The notes: generated from the sequence alone by a model not told the origin. DNA of 64,000 nt from an uncultured bacterium (GCA_964529445.1 CAZGWJ010000001.1:14863-78862); one strand, 5' to 3'. Shown: positions 21,002-30,851, counted from the stretch's first letter. Made by a program: numbers and translations.

Positions 21002-22531
21002 TCAGGGCTGAAGCGATCGAGGCGGGCATTCCAGGAAACGGTAGGGTGTTCGCACGTCCGAGATGTAATGTCGGTTGGGAAGGGGCGGCAGTTCCGCGCC
21101 GAAGTCCCGCGTCAGGATCGCCCGGAAGAGGTTGACGGGAGTCAGGTCCTGGGGCAGTTGGATTCGGGACCCGGCGGGAGGGCGCACGGCGAGGAGAATC
21201 CCGAAACGTTCGAAGCGGTCCGTTCTCGCCGGGTCGTAGTGGAAGGTGAGCGAATCCGGACCGTGATCCGCCTGGAGCACGATGTAGCAAGGGGGAAGGG
21301 CGCTCGTCAGGGTCCGGTCGAGGAACCGGTCGAGGAGGCGATTCAAGTAGGCAAGCTGTTCCCGGTATCGTTTCCGGTGCTCCTCCGGGCTTAACAAACC
21401 CGGGCGGATCAGGTCACTGCCGCTGTTCATGAAGTCTCCGGGCGTGTTGCCGGGGAACCTCCCCTCCGCGTCGAAAACGAATGGTGGATGAGGACACACG
21501 ATATGGGCCAGGATGAACTGGGGACCCGGGTTGTGGGAAAGGGTCTCCAAGGCGCGGAAAGCCCCCAGGACGCGGGCATGATGAGTGCGGAACGGAGAAA
21601 GCGATTCCGATCCCAGCATTCGCGCCACGGCGGGCAGGGGTGTCCATTGGACCCAACCCGATTCGAACTCGTTCAGGACGGATCCGGTCCGCACATAGAG
21701 GTCCGCGTCCTTTAATTCGGTCAATTCGTATCCCGATTCCAGCGCGACGAACCGGTATCCGCGTTCCTGGAGCATTCGTCGGACCCGGCTGTTGGACAGG
21801 AGGGGTTTGATGAAAATGAGATCCGATGCGTTGCCGAACGTTTTCTTCAGGGTGTCCAAGTATCCCATGTTCAGGGAGGAGGTAAGGGAGAGGACCGTGT
21901 GGGAATAGTTGGTTCGTGCATGGCGCGCGACCTGGAAACCGCGCTTCTCAAGGTCCTGGAGGAACGGCTCGTTCTCGAATTGGTAGATCTGTCTCAGGAC
22001 ATCCTGGCGTCCATACCCGTCCAGAACGATGTAAAGGATGTTCGGGGCATGTCCCCTGTCCACGGGAAGCGTTCCGGCGGAAGCGTCCGTCTTCTTCGGG
22101 GGCGTGGACGGGTTTGGGAACGCGTGGGGGATGAAAATCAGGAGTTGGATCAGCCCCAGGATGGCTCCGGTGACGGTCAAGGCGCGCCCGAGAGGGGGCA
22201 CGCGCTTGGGACTCCAAGTGCGCAAAAGGACGATGATCAGGAGGCAACCCCAGATGACCAGGGACCAGATTCCGGGCGGATGGGACGGGGAGTGGGGCAC
22301 CAACAAGGTGGAGGGAGGACCGAGATAGAAAAGGAGCCACCAAGCGGAGAGGATCGCACCGCAACGGTCGTCAGGGAGTCGTCGTCTCAGCAGGGCGTAA
22401 AGAAGTCCATGTAGGAAAACGAGCAGGAGCAGGGGTCGTCCCAACACGGAGGGGGGGAAATAGCCGGCGTTCCTCGAGTATAGATGAAGGAGCGGGGCGA
22501 TCGCCCATCCGAAGGATTGGAGCCCGGCCAT
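21002..22531 (-). CDS. Membrane-anchored sulfatase/alkaline-phosphatase-superfamily protein (LtaS / phosphoglycerol- or phosphoethanolamine-transferase-like)
   Basis: N-terminal TM helices, then ILYIVLDGYGRQDV... of sulfatase-type fold. The start overlaps the upstream methyltransferase stop (TGATG). Confidence 0.65.
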   Translation of the reverse strand: MAGLQSFGWAIAPLLHLYSRNAGYFPPSVLGRPLLLLVFLHGLLYALLRRRLPDDRCGAILSAWWLLFYLGPPSTLLVPHSPSHPPGIWSLVIWGCLLIIVLLRTWSPKRVPPLGRALTVTGAILGLIQLLIFIPHAFPNPSTPPKKTDASAGTLPVDRGHAPNILYIVLDGYGRQDVLRQIYQFENEPFLQDLEKRGFQVARHARTNYSHTVLSLTSSLNMGYLDTLKKTFGNASDLIFIKPLLSNSRVRRMLQERGYRFVALESGYELTELKDADLYVRTGSVLNEFESGWVQWTPLPAVARMLGSESLSPFRTHHARVLGAFRALETLSHNPGPQFILAHIVCPHPPFVFDAEGRFPGNTPGDFMNSGSDLIRPGLLSPEEHRKRYREQLAYLNRLLDRFLDRTLTSALPPCYIVLQADHGPDSLTFHYDPARTDRFERFGILLAVRPPAGSRIQLPQDLTPVNLFRAILTRDFGAELPPLPNRHYISDVRTPYRFLECPPRSLQP

Positions 22532-23961
22532 CAGGAAAGGACCCCTTTGTGCACCATCCGGTAAAGGATCCGTTCACTGGAGCAGAGGCGGACCTTCTCC
22601 AAGATCCGGAACGAGCGGCTAAAGACCTGCTCAAGGTGATCGGAACGATAGGGGGCCAGCAGCGATCCGCGGCCGGCGGCCATGGCTCTTACCTGGGGAT
22701 CGTCAGGACCTGGGAATTCCAGGATAAGACGACGGCCGCACAGGGCGAAGAAATCGGCTTGCCGATCCAGGGGAACAAGCGAGGAGAAGGTTAGATGATG
22801 GACCAGTGCGAGGGCGAGCGCCATGTCCGCGGGTCCGCGATCGAAGAGAGAAGACCTTTCTCGGCCGATCCAACCCTGCGCGGGACTCGGGTTCGACAGG
22901 TCCATCCACAGGGGAAGAACATTGCGCACACCCTGTCGACGCACACGTTCCCAGAGGCGCTCGACGGAACCGTGGTCCGAATCGAGGGCGAGGACGAAAG
23001 ATGCGTCGCTCGCGGCCGTCAAGCTGAAATCCCCGGTGTTGGAGCCGAGGTCCCAGAGGACACCGGGAGAGGAATCCCGGATCCAGGATTCCACGACCCG
23101 GCGCTTTTTCTCAACCGCCTCCGGGGGATAGGGTAGGTTCTGAGAGTAGTCCGACCAGTGAGTATCCGCAGAAGGAGGCCTCATGCGGCGAATTCCGCGG
23201 TTCAGATCGTCCAAGAGCCCACGAAGCATGGTCTCGCTCATCCGGGGAGGAGGAGCGGTTCGGCCGGGTTTCAGGGGCCGGTTCTCGACACGGGCTTGCA
23301 GGTGAAGGTGTCCTGCCAGGAAGGGGTCGAATCGGCTCAGGAAAGGCAGGGCGCGCGACACTTCCCGCAGGTCGAATCCATCCATGCGCGAACGGAAGTA
23401 GAGGCCCCAACCGGAATGGATCCGGCTCATGGCGGCGAGCGTGGCTAAGAAATGACGGCAGAACTGGCGGTAGGCCACCCAGGGTTCGGATCGGGGGCAG
23501 AATTCGAAGGAGAGCGTGTCGATCCAGAGGGGGACACCTTCGTGGAATTGAACGTTGTATGCACTCGCATCTTTGAGGATCATTTCGTACTTTCGCGCCC
23601 GTACGGCCAAGTCCAATGTCAGAAGGGCGGCCTCCTTCCACTGGCTGAAGCACCATTCGTAAGGGTGGGAGACGAAGCGGAGGGGTTCAGGCTCCAGGAC
23701 TGCGGCGGCTTCCGTTTCGAAGGGAAAAGGCTTGTCGAGGACACGATGAGGTATGAGGGATCGGCTTTCAAAAAGCGACGTCTGGAGGCCGCTGGTTTCC
23801 ATGTGTTTCAGGTGCGAGAGGTGGGATGCGTCCACAACCCGGTAGGGGCGCGAGAGATGGATCACGATCCCGCCCGCAGGATCGCGGAAGGAGGCGGGAT
23901 GAGCCGGAGGGTTGTTCAAGGCTTTTTCCTCGGGGTCCTCCGGAAGATATCCTTGATCCAT
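22531..23961 (-). CDS. Two-domain protein with C-terminal class I SAM-dependent methyltransferase fold
   Basis: VLWDLGSNTGDFSLTAA...LALDSDHGSV...LPLWMDLSNP resembles the SAM-binding motifs I to III. The N-terminal 250 aa are of unknown function. Confidence 0.55.
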   Translation of the reverse strand: MDQGYLPEDPEEKALNNPPAHPASFRDPAGGIVIHLSRPYRVVDASHLSHLKHMETSGLQTSLFESRSLIPHRVLDKPFPFETEAAAVLEPEPLRFVSHPYEWCFSQWKEAALLTLDLAVRARKYEMILKDASAYNVQFHEGVPLWIDTLSFEFCPRSEPWVAYRQFCRHFLATLAAMSRIHSGWGLYFRSRMDGFDLREVSRALPFLSRFDPFLAGHLHLQARVENRPLKPGRTAPPPRMSETMLRGLLDDLNRGIRRMRPPSADTHWSDYSQNLPYPPEAVEKKRRVVESWIRDSSPGVLWDLGSNTGDFSLTAASDASFVLALDSDHGSVERLWERVRRQGVRNVLPLWMDLSNPSPAQGWIGRERSSLFDRGPADMALALALVHHLTFSSLVPLDRQADFFALCGRRLILEFPGPDDPQVRAMAAGRGSLLAPYRSDHLEQVFSRSFRILEKVRLCSSERILYRMVHKGVLS

Positions 23962-24134
23962 TCGATGCCCCGAGCCAGCGTGGAACGCAGCGCGAACATC
24001 AGGCCCGCCAGCAGTCCGATCAGGACCTGGATCATGTAGCTTCCCGATCCCGGATCCAGGTAGGCAGCGGCTTCACCAGGGAAGATCCACAGGAGTGCGG
24101 CGAATGCCAGGAACCGTCTCGGGCCTTGGGACAT
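23916..24134 (-). CDS. 72-aa membrane peptide with YLDPGSGS motif, hypothetical
   Basis: MSQGPRRFLAFAALLWIFPGEAAAYLDPGSGSYMIQVLIGLLAGLMFAL... It has a signal/TM segment and overlaps the upstream gene end by about 45 nt. Confidence 0.4.
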   Translation of the reverse strand: MSQGPRRFLAFAALLWIFPGEAAAYLDPGSGSYMIQVLIGLLAGLMFALRSTLARGIEWIKDIFRRTPRKKP

Positions 24135-24293
24135 GGGGTGTGCCTCCCCGCGTTTTTGTTGAAAACCCTTCACGTGCGAACGATCGATGTTGGCATGATA
24201 TCACCTCTCTGGATCGATGTCGGCGGACCGAGGGGCATGAGAGAGTCTGCGGTGGAGTCTCGAAACGTCCAGGGAGGCCGGAAATCGGCCGTT

Positions 24294-24650
24294 CTACCGT
24301 GGAAAAGTGTGCTTCCTTGACGGGCGCATGTTGCGCTGTTCCTCAAGGCGCTTCTGGATTTTCGCAAGCCGATGATTCCAGCGCTTCTGGAGGTCGGGAG
24401 AGAGTAGCAAACTCTTCACATTGAGGTCCATGAGGGGGACGCATTCATGCAAGGTTTGCAAGGCCTCTTCGAGATGTTCGGGGTGGAGCGCCCTATCCGT
24501 CAGTTCGGCCAGGCGGTTCACCTTGCGCCGCAGGCGGTCGACGGCCGCGTTCTTGCCGGCCAGGTTCATGCGCTGGTAGAGCTTGTTGACTTCGCCAGCG
24601 AGGTCCAGGCAGTCGCGCGCGAGATCGTCCGTGGGTGTCACGGAATCCAT
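24294..24650 (-). CDS. 118-aa hypothetical helical protein immediately downstream of hpnE
   Basis: MDSVTPTDDLARDCLDLAGEVNKLYQRMNLAGKNAAVDRLRRKVNRLAELTDRALHPEHLEEALQTL... begins 8 nt after the hpnE stop. The listed ORF carries a spurious low-complexity N-terminal extension. Confidence 0.35.
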   Translation of the reverse strand: MDSVTPTDDLARDCLDLAGEVNKLYQRMNLAGKNAAVDRLRRKVNRLAELTDRALHPEHLEEALQTLHECVPLMDLNVKSLLLSPDLQKRWNHRLAKIQKRLEEQRNMRPSRKHTFPR

Positions 24651-24657
24651 GATGCCA

Positions 24658-26013
24658 TCACCTGGAGCGGTCGGGAAGCATGAAATCCAGGGCGGCCTGG
24701 GCGGCGCGATGTCCGGAAAGGACGGCACCCTCGACCGTGGCGGGAAGCCCCGTGTCCGTCCAGTCCCCGGCCAGGAGCATGCCGGGAATCTCCGTCGCAC
24801 AGGGGGAGCGGTGACGGAGGGCATCCGGGTCGAGGCGCGGGGTGGCGGCCATCTCGCGAACGACCTTCGCGTGACGGACGACGAAGGAGGCCGCCCGGAA
24901 GGCGAGTCGTTCCCGCAGTTCACCGACCGCCCGCGAGACGATCTCGCCGTCACCGCGATGGGCCAGGTCCTGCGCGGCGCTGGCTACGAGCGAGAGGTAC
25001 TGGCCCCGCCCGGAAGGGCAACGCCAGCCCCAGTTCTCGTTGCGGTTGAAGGCCCAGTCGAAGCGTGCGCCGGAAAGCCCCGTGAAAGGTTCTGAAAGGA
25101 CCTGCCGATCGAGAAGCGCGTTGACCGACAGGATGGATGATTTCACGAGCGCCGACGGATCCCCTCCGATCGGGGGTGCGTCCCCGCCGAGGTGTGCCTT
25201 GAGGAACCAGGGAGGGACCGCCCAAAGGAGGAGTTCCCCCGCGTGCTCCGCCCCCGTGGTGTCCCCGATGAGGAATCGTCCATCCCGGAACGCGAATCCG
25301 CGAACCGGGCGTCGCAGGAGGAGTTCGCTGCCGCGCGTTGCGAGCCAAGGCGCCAGCCGCGGGAAGAGGACGTCCCCCAGGGGAAGGCGTGGGATCCCGA
25401 TGGCGCTGTCGAAACGGCGATGGGAGAAGATGCGCCGCATCGCGACCGCCAACAGGGCCAACGGCGCCTGATCCGGTTCGAGGTTCACGATGGATCGGGC
25501 GAGGGGCACCCAGAACCTTTCGCGGGAGACGGGACCCTGTCCCATCTGGTCCAGGAAACCGGCCACGGAAAGGTTCCGCAGATCCGGCCGCAGGTCGGGC
25601 AGTCGCAGGGACCGAAGTGCCGACGCGAGGGCTTTCTTTTCGGGTCCGGGGAAGGCGTCCGAGAAGAACAACCCGGCGGCCAGATGGAAGGGCGCGGGGA
25701 GGGGCCAGGCGGAAAGGGAACTCCTCCAACCGCCGGGAGCGATCCAGGAGAGGGAAAGGGGGTCATGCCAGCGGATCTCGCTTTCGGCGTTGAGCCGACG
25801 GAAGAGCGCCAGGGTTTCCTTGTAACAACCCATGAGCAGGTGGGGGCTGTTGTCGAAGGGCGCGGGAAACATGTCCGAAGGCGCCGAGGATGACCAACGC
25901 CCGCCCGGATGACCGTGCGCCTCGAGGAGGGTGACCTTCACGCCGGCTTCCGCGAGGGCGGTTGCTGCGGCCGTCCCGGCGAGGCCCGCGCCGACGACGA
26001 GAGCGGACCTCAT
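24658..26013 (-). CDS. hpnE: Hydroxysqualene dehydroxylase (FAD-dependent, amine-oxidase fold)
   Basis: From the internal ATG at 26011-26013: MRSALVVGAGLAGTAAATALAEAGVKVTLLEA (Rossmann GxGxxG). It overlaps the hpnD stop (ATGA). The listed ORF has a 181-aa junk extension. Confidence 0.8.
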   Translation of the reverse strand: MRSALVVGAGLAGTAAATALAEAGVKVTLLEAHGHPGGRWSSSAPSDMFPAPFDNSPHLLMGCYKETLALFRRLNAESEIRWHDPLSLSWIAPGGWRSSLSAWPLPAPFHLAAGLFFSDAFPGPEKKALASALRSLRLPDLRPDLRNLSVAGFLDQMGQGPVSRERFWVPLARSIVNLEPDQAPLALLAVAMRRIFSHRRFDSAIGIPRLPLGDVLFPRLAPWLATRGSELLLRRPVRGFAFRDGRFLIGDTTGAEHAGELLLWAVPPWFLKAHLGGDAPPIGGDPSALVKSSILSVNALLDRQVLSEPFTGLSGARFDWAFNRNENWGWRCPSGRGQYLSLVASAAQDLAHRGDGEIVSRAVGELRERLAFRAASFVVRHAKVVREMAATPRLDPDALRHRSPCATEIPGMLLAGDWTDTGLPATVEGAVLSGHRAAQAALDFMLPDRSR

Positions 26014-26855
26014 GAGGGTTGGCCGATCCGTCCGGTGAGGCAGCGCAACCAGGCGCCCGCCACGGCGGCGGCCTTTCGAAAGGTTGAAAGGCGGATCCGC
26101 CCGGCGAGGGCGCGGGACGGTTTTTCGTAAAGGAGCCGGTGGATCGGGAGGTAGACCGCCGCAATGGCCTCGGCCGTCGACAGGGCCCCCCGCTCCCGGG
26201 CGGAAAGGGCTCGGCACGCGGCTTTCCATGAATCCAGGGCACGGTCGAGTTGGAAGCGCGCGAAGGCGTCCCAGGCGGGACCCGCCTGCGGAAGGCGCCC
26301 GGGTTCGAGGTCGAACCGGCGCCACTCCGAAGCCGGGAGATAGAGGCGGCCCATCGCAAGGTCCTCCCTCACGTCGCGCACCACGTTGGTCAACTGGAGG
26401 AAAAGACCCAGGTTCATCGCATAGGTTCGGTGGGCCGCGTCCTTGTATCCGAAGATCTCCATGCTGGAAAGACCGGGCCCGCCGGCGACCTTCGATGCGT
26501 AATCCCTCAGCTGGGCGAAGCGGGTGAGGCGGACACGGCCCAGATCCCGGGCGCATCCATCCAGGACCGCGAGAAGCGGCGGGAGGGTCACGCCGAGAGG
26601 GAGCGCGGCGGACAGGAAGGGGCCGAGGATCGGATGGTCCGATCGCCCCCTTGAAAACCCGGTTTTCAGGTCCCGCCGCAGGGCGTCCAGGCGCCTTCTT
26701 TTTTCGGAGATCGATCCGGGCTCGTCCACGATGTCATCGGCTTCGCGGCAGAAACGGTAAAGACCCATCAACGCCCTGCGCCGGGCGGCGGGCAACAGGA
26801 GCATGGGCAGGTAGAAATTCGTCAGCTTGTTCAAGGATGCTTGCTTGGCGGTCAT
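26010..26855 (-). CDS. hpnD: Presqualene diphosphate synthase (squalene/phytoene synthase family)
   Basis: MTAKQASLNKLTNFYLPMLLLPAARRRALMGLYRFCREADDIVDE... The start overlaps the hpnC stop (ATGA). Confidence 0.8.
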   Translation of the reverse strand: MTAKQASLNKLTNFYLPMLLLPAARRRALMGLYRFCREADDIVDEPGSISEKRRRLDALRRDLKTGFSRGRSDHPILGPFLSAALPLGVTLPPLLAVLDGCARDLGRVRLTRFAQLRDYASKVAGGPGLSSMEIFGYKDAAHRTYAMNLGLFLQLTNVVRDVREDLAMGRLYLPASEWRRFDLEPGRLPQAGPAWDAFARFQLDRALDSWKAACRALSARERGALSTAEAIAAVYLPIHRLLYEKPSRALAGRIRLSTFRKAAAVAGAWLRCLTGRIGQPS

Positions 26856-27724
26856 GGCAGGAGCGCTTTCACGAGGAGTGCGGCTTTTCCAGCCGCGCTC
26901 CAGGCGGGGCGGCGTTCCAGGACGCCGGGACCCAGGTCGCGTATCCGGTCGAGGAGGCCCTGGCCCCCGAGAACCGTGGCCTTGATCTCGAGTCGCAGGC
27001 GCCCGGTCAGGGCGTCGATCAGGGGACGACCCCGGGAATAGTAGTCCTGTGTGAAGGCGACCATGGAGGCGACCAGGCGTCCCGCCTCCTCCGTGGGGCG
27101 GCGCTCCAGGAGATCCTTCTCCGTGACACCGGCCCGACGCCATTCGCTCCTCGGGTAATAGATGCGTCCCCGGGCGAGGTCCACGGAGGAATCCTGCCAA
27201 AAATTGATGAGCTGGAGCCCCGAGCAGATGTGGTCCGAGAGGGAGTGCAGTTTTTCGTCGCGCACGCCGTGGATGAGGAGGACCATGCGGCCGACGGGGT
27301 TTGCGCTGTGGCGGCAGTAATCGAGGAGTCGCTCCCAGGTGGACCAGCGATGGATGGCGACGTCCATGCGGAAGGCCTTGAGAAGATCGAGCGGCAGTTT
27401 CGGGGGGATCTGGAAGGTGCGCAGGGTATGGGCGAAAGCCGTGAGGATTGGTGGAGCCGGACGATCCTTCAGGGCCGAACGCAGTCCGTTTTCCCATGCC
27501 GCGAGGTCGCGCAGTCGGGACCTCGGGGTCCGGCCGGGACCGTCCTCGTCGGCGTAATCGTCGGCGACGCGGGCGAAGGCGTAGAGGGCCGCCACATGGG
27601 GTCGAAGTCGTTTCTCCACCAGGAGGGAGGCGACGGGGAAGTTCTCGTAATGGGCGCGCGCCATCCGCTGCGCCTCGTCATAGGCGCCGGAGAGGGTGTC
27701 GGGGACCCGATGGGGCGAGATCAT
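26852..27724 (-). CDS. hpnC: Hydroxysqualene synthase (squalene/phytoene synthase family)
   Basis: MISPHRVPDTLSGAYDEAQRMARAHYENFPVASLLVEKRLRPHVAALYAFARVADDYADE..., 290 aa. Confidence 0.8.
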   Translation of the reverse strand: MISPHRVPDTLSGAYDEAQRMARAHYENFPVASLLVEKRLRPHVAALYAFARVADDYADEDGPGRTPRSRLRDLAAWENGLRSALKDRPAPPILTAFAHTLRTFQIPPKLPLDLLKAFRMDVAIHRWSTWERLLDYCRHSANPVGRMVLLIHGVRDEKLHSLSDHICSGLQLINFWQDSSVDLARGRIYYPRSEWRRAGVTEKDLLERRPTEEAGRLVASMVAFTQDYYSRGRPLIDALTGRLRLEIKATVLGGQGLLDRIRDLGPGVLERRPAWSAAGKAALLVKALLP

Positions 27725-27920
27725 GGAACCTTAACTATAACGGTTCACTAAAAGACCCGCGAAGGGAAAAAGGACGTTCGACCTCCGGGCAATCGGGGAT
27801 CCGGACAGAGGTTATTCGTTGTCCAAATGGGGGGCGATTTCCAGGCCCGTTAAAGGAGGGGCATTTGATAGAATAAACATCCGTTTTACAGGGCCATTTT
27901 CTATGTTGGAGGATGATTCG

Positions 27921-30252
27921 ATGAGAAAGAGAACCCCGATCCTGGTCGCCTTCCTTGCGCTGGTGTTGTCGGTCGGACTCCATGCCTGCAAGAGCAAGGA
28001 CAACCCCGTTGCGCCGCCTGCCACGACGAATCCTCCCACGAGCACCTTCACGCTGTGCGTGAACGCCTCCAATACCCCCTGCACCTGGAGCCCGACGCCC
28101 ACTCGCACGCCTTCCCCGACTCGCACCCCCTCCGCTACTTTCACGGCCACCACACCGGGTGCCGCCACCTTCACACCGACCCTCACGCCCACGGCGACCA
28201 ACACCTGGTCGCCCACCCTTTCCTTCACGAACACCTTCACCTCGCCGCCCACGGCTACCTTCACCAACACGAACACGCCCTATACGGGAAGCGGCATCCA
28301 GGGCAATGTCACCTTCACGGGTGGGGGATTGAGCACCACCAACCCCGCCTACCTTTACGTGTCCTCCCATCCCTCTTTCATGGCGGAGGGGAGATCCGCA
28401 ACCCTCACGACGAACGGAGGAGCCTACTTCATCTCTCCCATGGGGTTGGGGACCTACTACATGGTGGTCTGGAGGGATGGGAACGCCGATGGGGATTACG
28501 TCGATCACCCCCGGCAGGGCGACTATTACCAGATCTACCAGGGTGATTCCACCCTCCCGGCCGTGGACGGTATCGCCGTCACGGCGGGCGGGATGACTAC
28601 CGTGGACGTGACCCTCACGACGGATTACCGATTCAGCGGCATCTCCGGGAACGTCTATTACCTGGGGAGCGGGACCGTGGACAACGAGCACCGTCTCTAT
28701 GTCCAATCCTACACCGACGCCACCTACATGACACAGGACCCCAACCAGATCGGGCCGGGGGACGTGACGTCGAACGGCGGCCGTTACGATTGCCTCAGCA
28801 CCAGCGCGGGCCCTCTGTACCAGTTGGTCTTCTATGACGCCGACGGCAGCGACGCGCTCTCGCCGGGCGACCCCTTCGTCGTGACCGGGGCCTACACCCC
28901 GTCCGTATCTCTCAGCCGCAACGTGACCTTCGGGGACGGCGTGGCGGGCGGCGACCTGGAGAACGAGTGGGAAGACATCACGGGCACTCTTCGGGCGGCC
29001 GGAACCCTGCAGTATTCCGGGAGCGTGACCCAGGTGTCCGCCTCCAATCCCATCATTCTCGCGGCCTGGCTCGACCCGAATCTGGACAGCGATCCAGTCG
29101 CCCAGTACGTGTACTACAACGGCGCAAGCGGGGGCTATTTGTTCAACCCCCCGGTGGGCGGGCCCTTCTACGCCATCGCGATCATGTTGGCGGGAGGTCT
29201 TGCCAATAACGGGCCCTCCGTCGGCGACCCGTACTACGTCATCGACACGGGTTGTTCCGTGCCGCCCACGGCGTGGACCGTTTCGGGACCCTCGTCGCTG
29301 GATATCACGATCAACGACTCTTGCCGCCTGGAGGGCGTCTACGGCACCGCGAACTACACCGGCGGCGTGACGGAGGTGAACGGGGACAACCGCCTCTGCA
29401 CCGCGGCCTATGCCGATCCCCTCTACCAGACCCGCGTGGGTTTTGTCGAGGATGTGAGCACCAATGGCGGGCGATACGACCTGCTTTGCCCCGGTTCGGC
29501 GGGAACGACCCTCTACCAGCTGGCATGGCTCGATGCCGACGGCGACCGGCGCCTGGATGTGGGCGAGATCTACGAGGCGCAGGGTCCCTTCGTGTCGGGG
29601 ATCGCCATGACGCGGGACATCAGCATCGGGGATGACAAGGTGTGGACGGGACGGTTCCTCCAGGGGAAGGTGAGCTATTCCGGGGCGGGGAGCGTGAACG
29701 CCACCTATCCGCTCCTGGCCCACCTGGAATGCAATGCCACCTTCGACGGGAGCTGTCCAGGATGGGAGAACCGGGACGAGGAGGTCTGGGTGAATGGCGG
29801 GTACTACCATATCCCGGTGCCGCTGACCTACTCGACCGTCTACGCGGCCTTCGTCTACAACGCGGCGGGGCTTCCGATGATCGACGGGCCCCACGACGCT
29901 TCCCGACGTGGTGGTGGGGACCACCTGCATGATCCCGGGAGTGAGGGGCTTGGTGACCTATATCCCTGGCGGGGTGAGCGAGAGCTGTCCCCTCTACGTG
30001 AGGGCCTATGCCGACCTCGCCCGTACCATCGAACTGGGGACGGCCCGGACGTTCGCGAGCGGCGGTCGTTATGATGTCGTGCTCACGAACACGGCGCCTG
30101 GGACGACCGTCCACTTGCGGGCCTATTACGACACCAACTGCAACCACGACATCGATGCCGGCGACAAATGGGACGATGTGGGTTCGGCCGTGGTGGATCT
30201 CGGGGTGGCCAGCAACAACATCAGCTTCTCGGGCAGCAACACGCTCCCTTAA
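27921..30252 (+). pseudogene. Secreted lipoprotein with Thr/Pro-rich linker and at least four roughly 100-aa repeats. The reading frame switches near 29875..29885 (frame 0 to frame +1).
   Basis: MRKRTPILVAFLALVLSVGLHAC (lipobox), a GGAGGA RBS, and a TPTPTRTPSPTRTPS linker. Repeats share NGGRYD...LYQL.W/FxDADGD. The ORF 27819..30074 dies in junk after ...NAAGLPMIDGPHDAS, while ORF 29908..30252 continues the repeat pattern (SGGRYDVVL...). Confidence 0.6.
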
Positions 30253-30265
30253 GGGATGGCAGGGA

Positions 30266-30299
30266 GGCCCGGCTTCCGGAAGGAGGCCGGGCCTTTTTT
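30266..30299 (+). terminator. Rho-independent terminator after the lipoprotein gene
   Basis: GGCCCGGC-ttccggaaggag-GCCGGGCC followed by TTTTTTATT. Confidence 0.7.
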
Positions 30300-30727
30300 A
30301 TTGATTTGCAGTAGGTGGGGCAAGGTTGAAAAGGCGGGTGTTTCTTTATATAGTAACGGGCCTTCAATGCCTTTCGGGTTCTCTTGCCCCGAATGGTGAG
30401 GGGCCCGAAGGGCCGCTCGAATCCATTGCGGGGCCTTTCGACTTGGCTCAAGGTTCAGGGTCCGGTGAGGGGTGAAGGAAGCTAGGGACGTTTATACCGA
30501 CCGCGAAGATGAAGATGGTTTTGTGCGGCAAGTATAATGTCCTCTTTGGGTGTTGTGATCGCAAAGACCGAAAAACGGGTCTTTCCGATGGTTCGATGAC
30601 AGAGGACGTTTACATCGAGTGGACGGATTGGGAGTAGGTATAAGACACTCGATGTAACGCCGATTTCTTTTGTCAGGATTACGAAAAACAAAGTGCGGTT
30701 TTTCGTAAAGCGAGTCGGTTGATAATC

Positions 30728-30804
30728 GGACGTTTAGCTCAGCTGGTTAGAGCGTCGCGTTCACATCGCGAAGGTCGCTGGTTCAAGTCCAGCAACGTCC
30801 ACCA
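30728..30804 (+). tRNA. tRNA-Val (anticodon CAC)
   Basis: GGACGUU acceptor stem, GCUC D-stem, anticodon loop UUCACAU, TΨC arm GCUGG-UUCAAGU-CCAGC, discriminator A, encoded CCA. Confidence 0.85.
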
Positions 30805-30814
30805 CCCAGAACAA

Positions 30815-30851
30815 AGGGTCTTGCCGAGCGGCAAGGCCCTTTTGTGTTTTA
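30815..30851 (+). terminator. Intrinsic terminator downstream of tRNA-Val
   Basis: 11-bp stem AGGGUCUUGCC-gagc-GGCAAGGCCCU followed by TTTTGTGTTTT. Confidence 0.75.

Noticed and set aside
27735-29930. 731-aa minus-strand ORF
   Set aside because: Antisense to the repeat lipoprotein gene. The translation is a Gly/Arg/Val/His-rich artefact.
30395-30470. Possible SRP (4.5S) RNA
   Set aside because: Only a partial match to the domain IV GGUCCGG...GAAGGAAGC consensus, interrupted by an 8-nt insertion. The flanking pairing expected for the SRP helix was not convincing by eye.
30482-30691. 69-aa minus-strand ORF in the AT-rich region before tRNA-Val
   Set aside because: Composition and codon usage unlike the genome's genes. 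The region is more likely non-coding.
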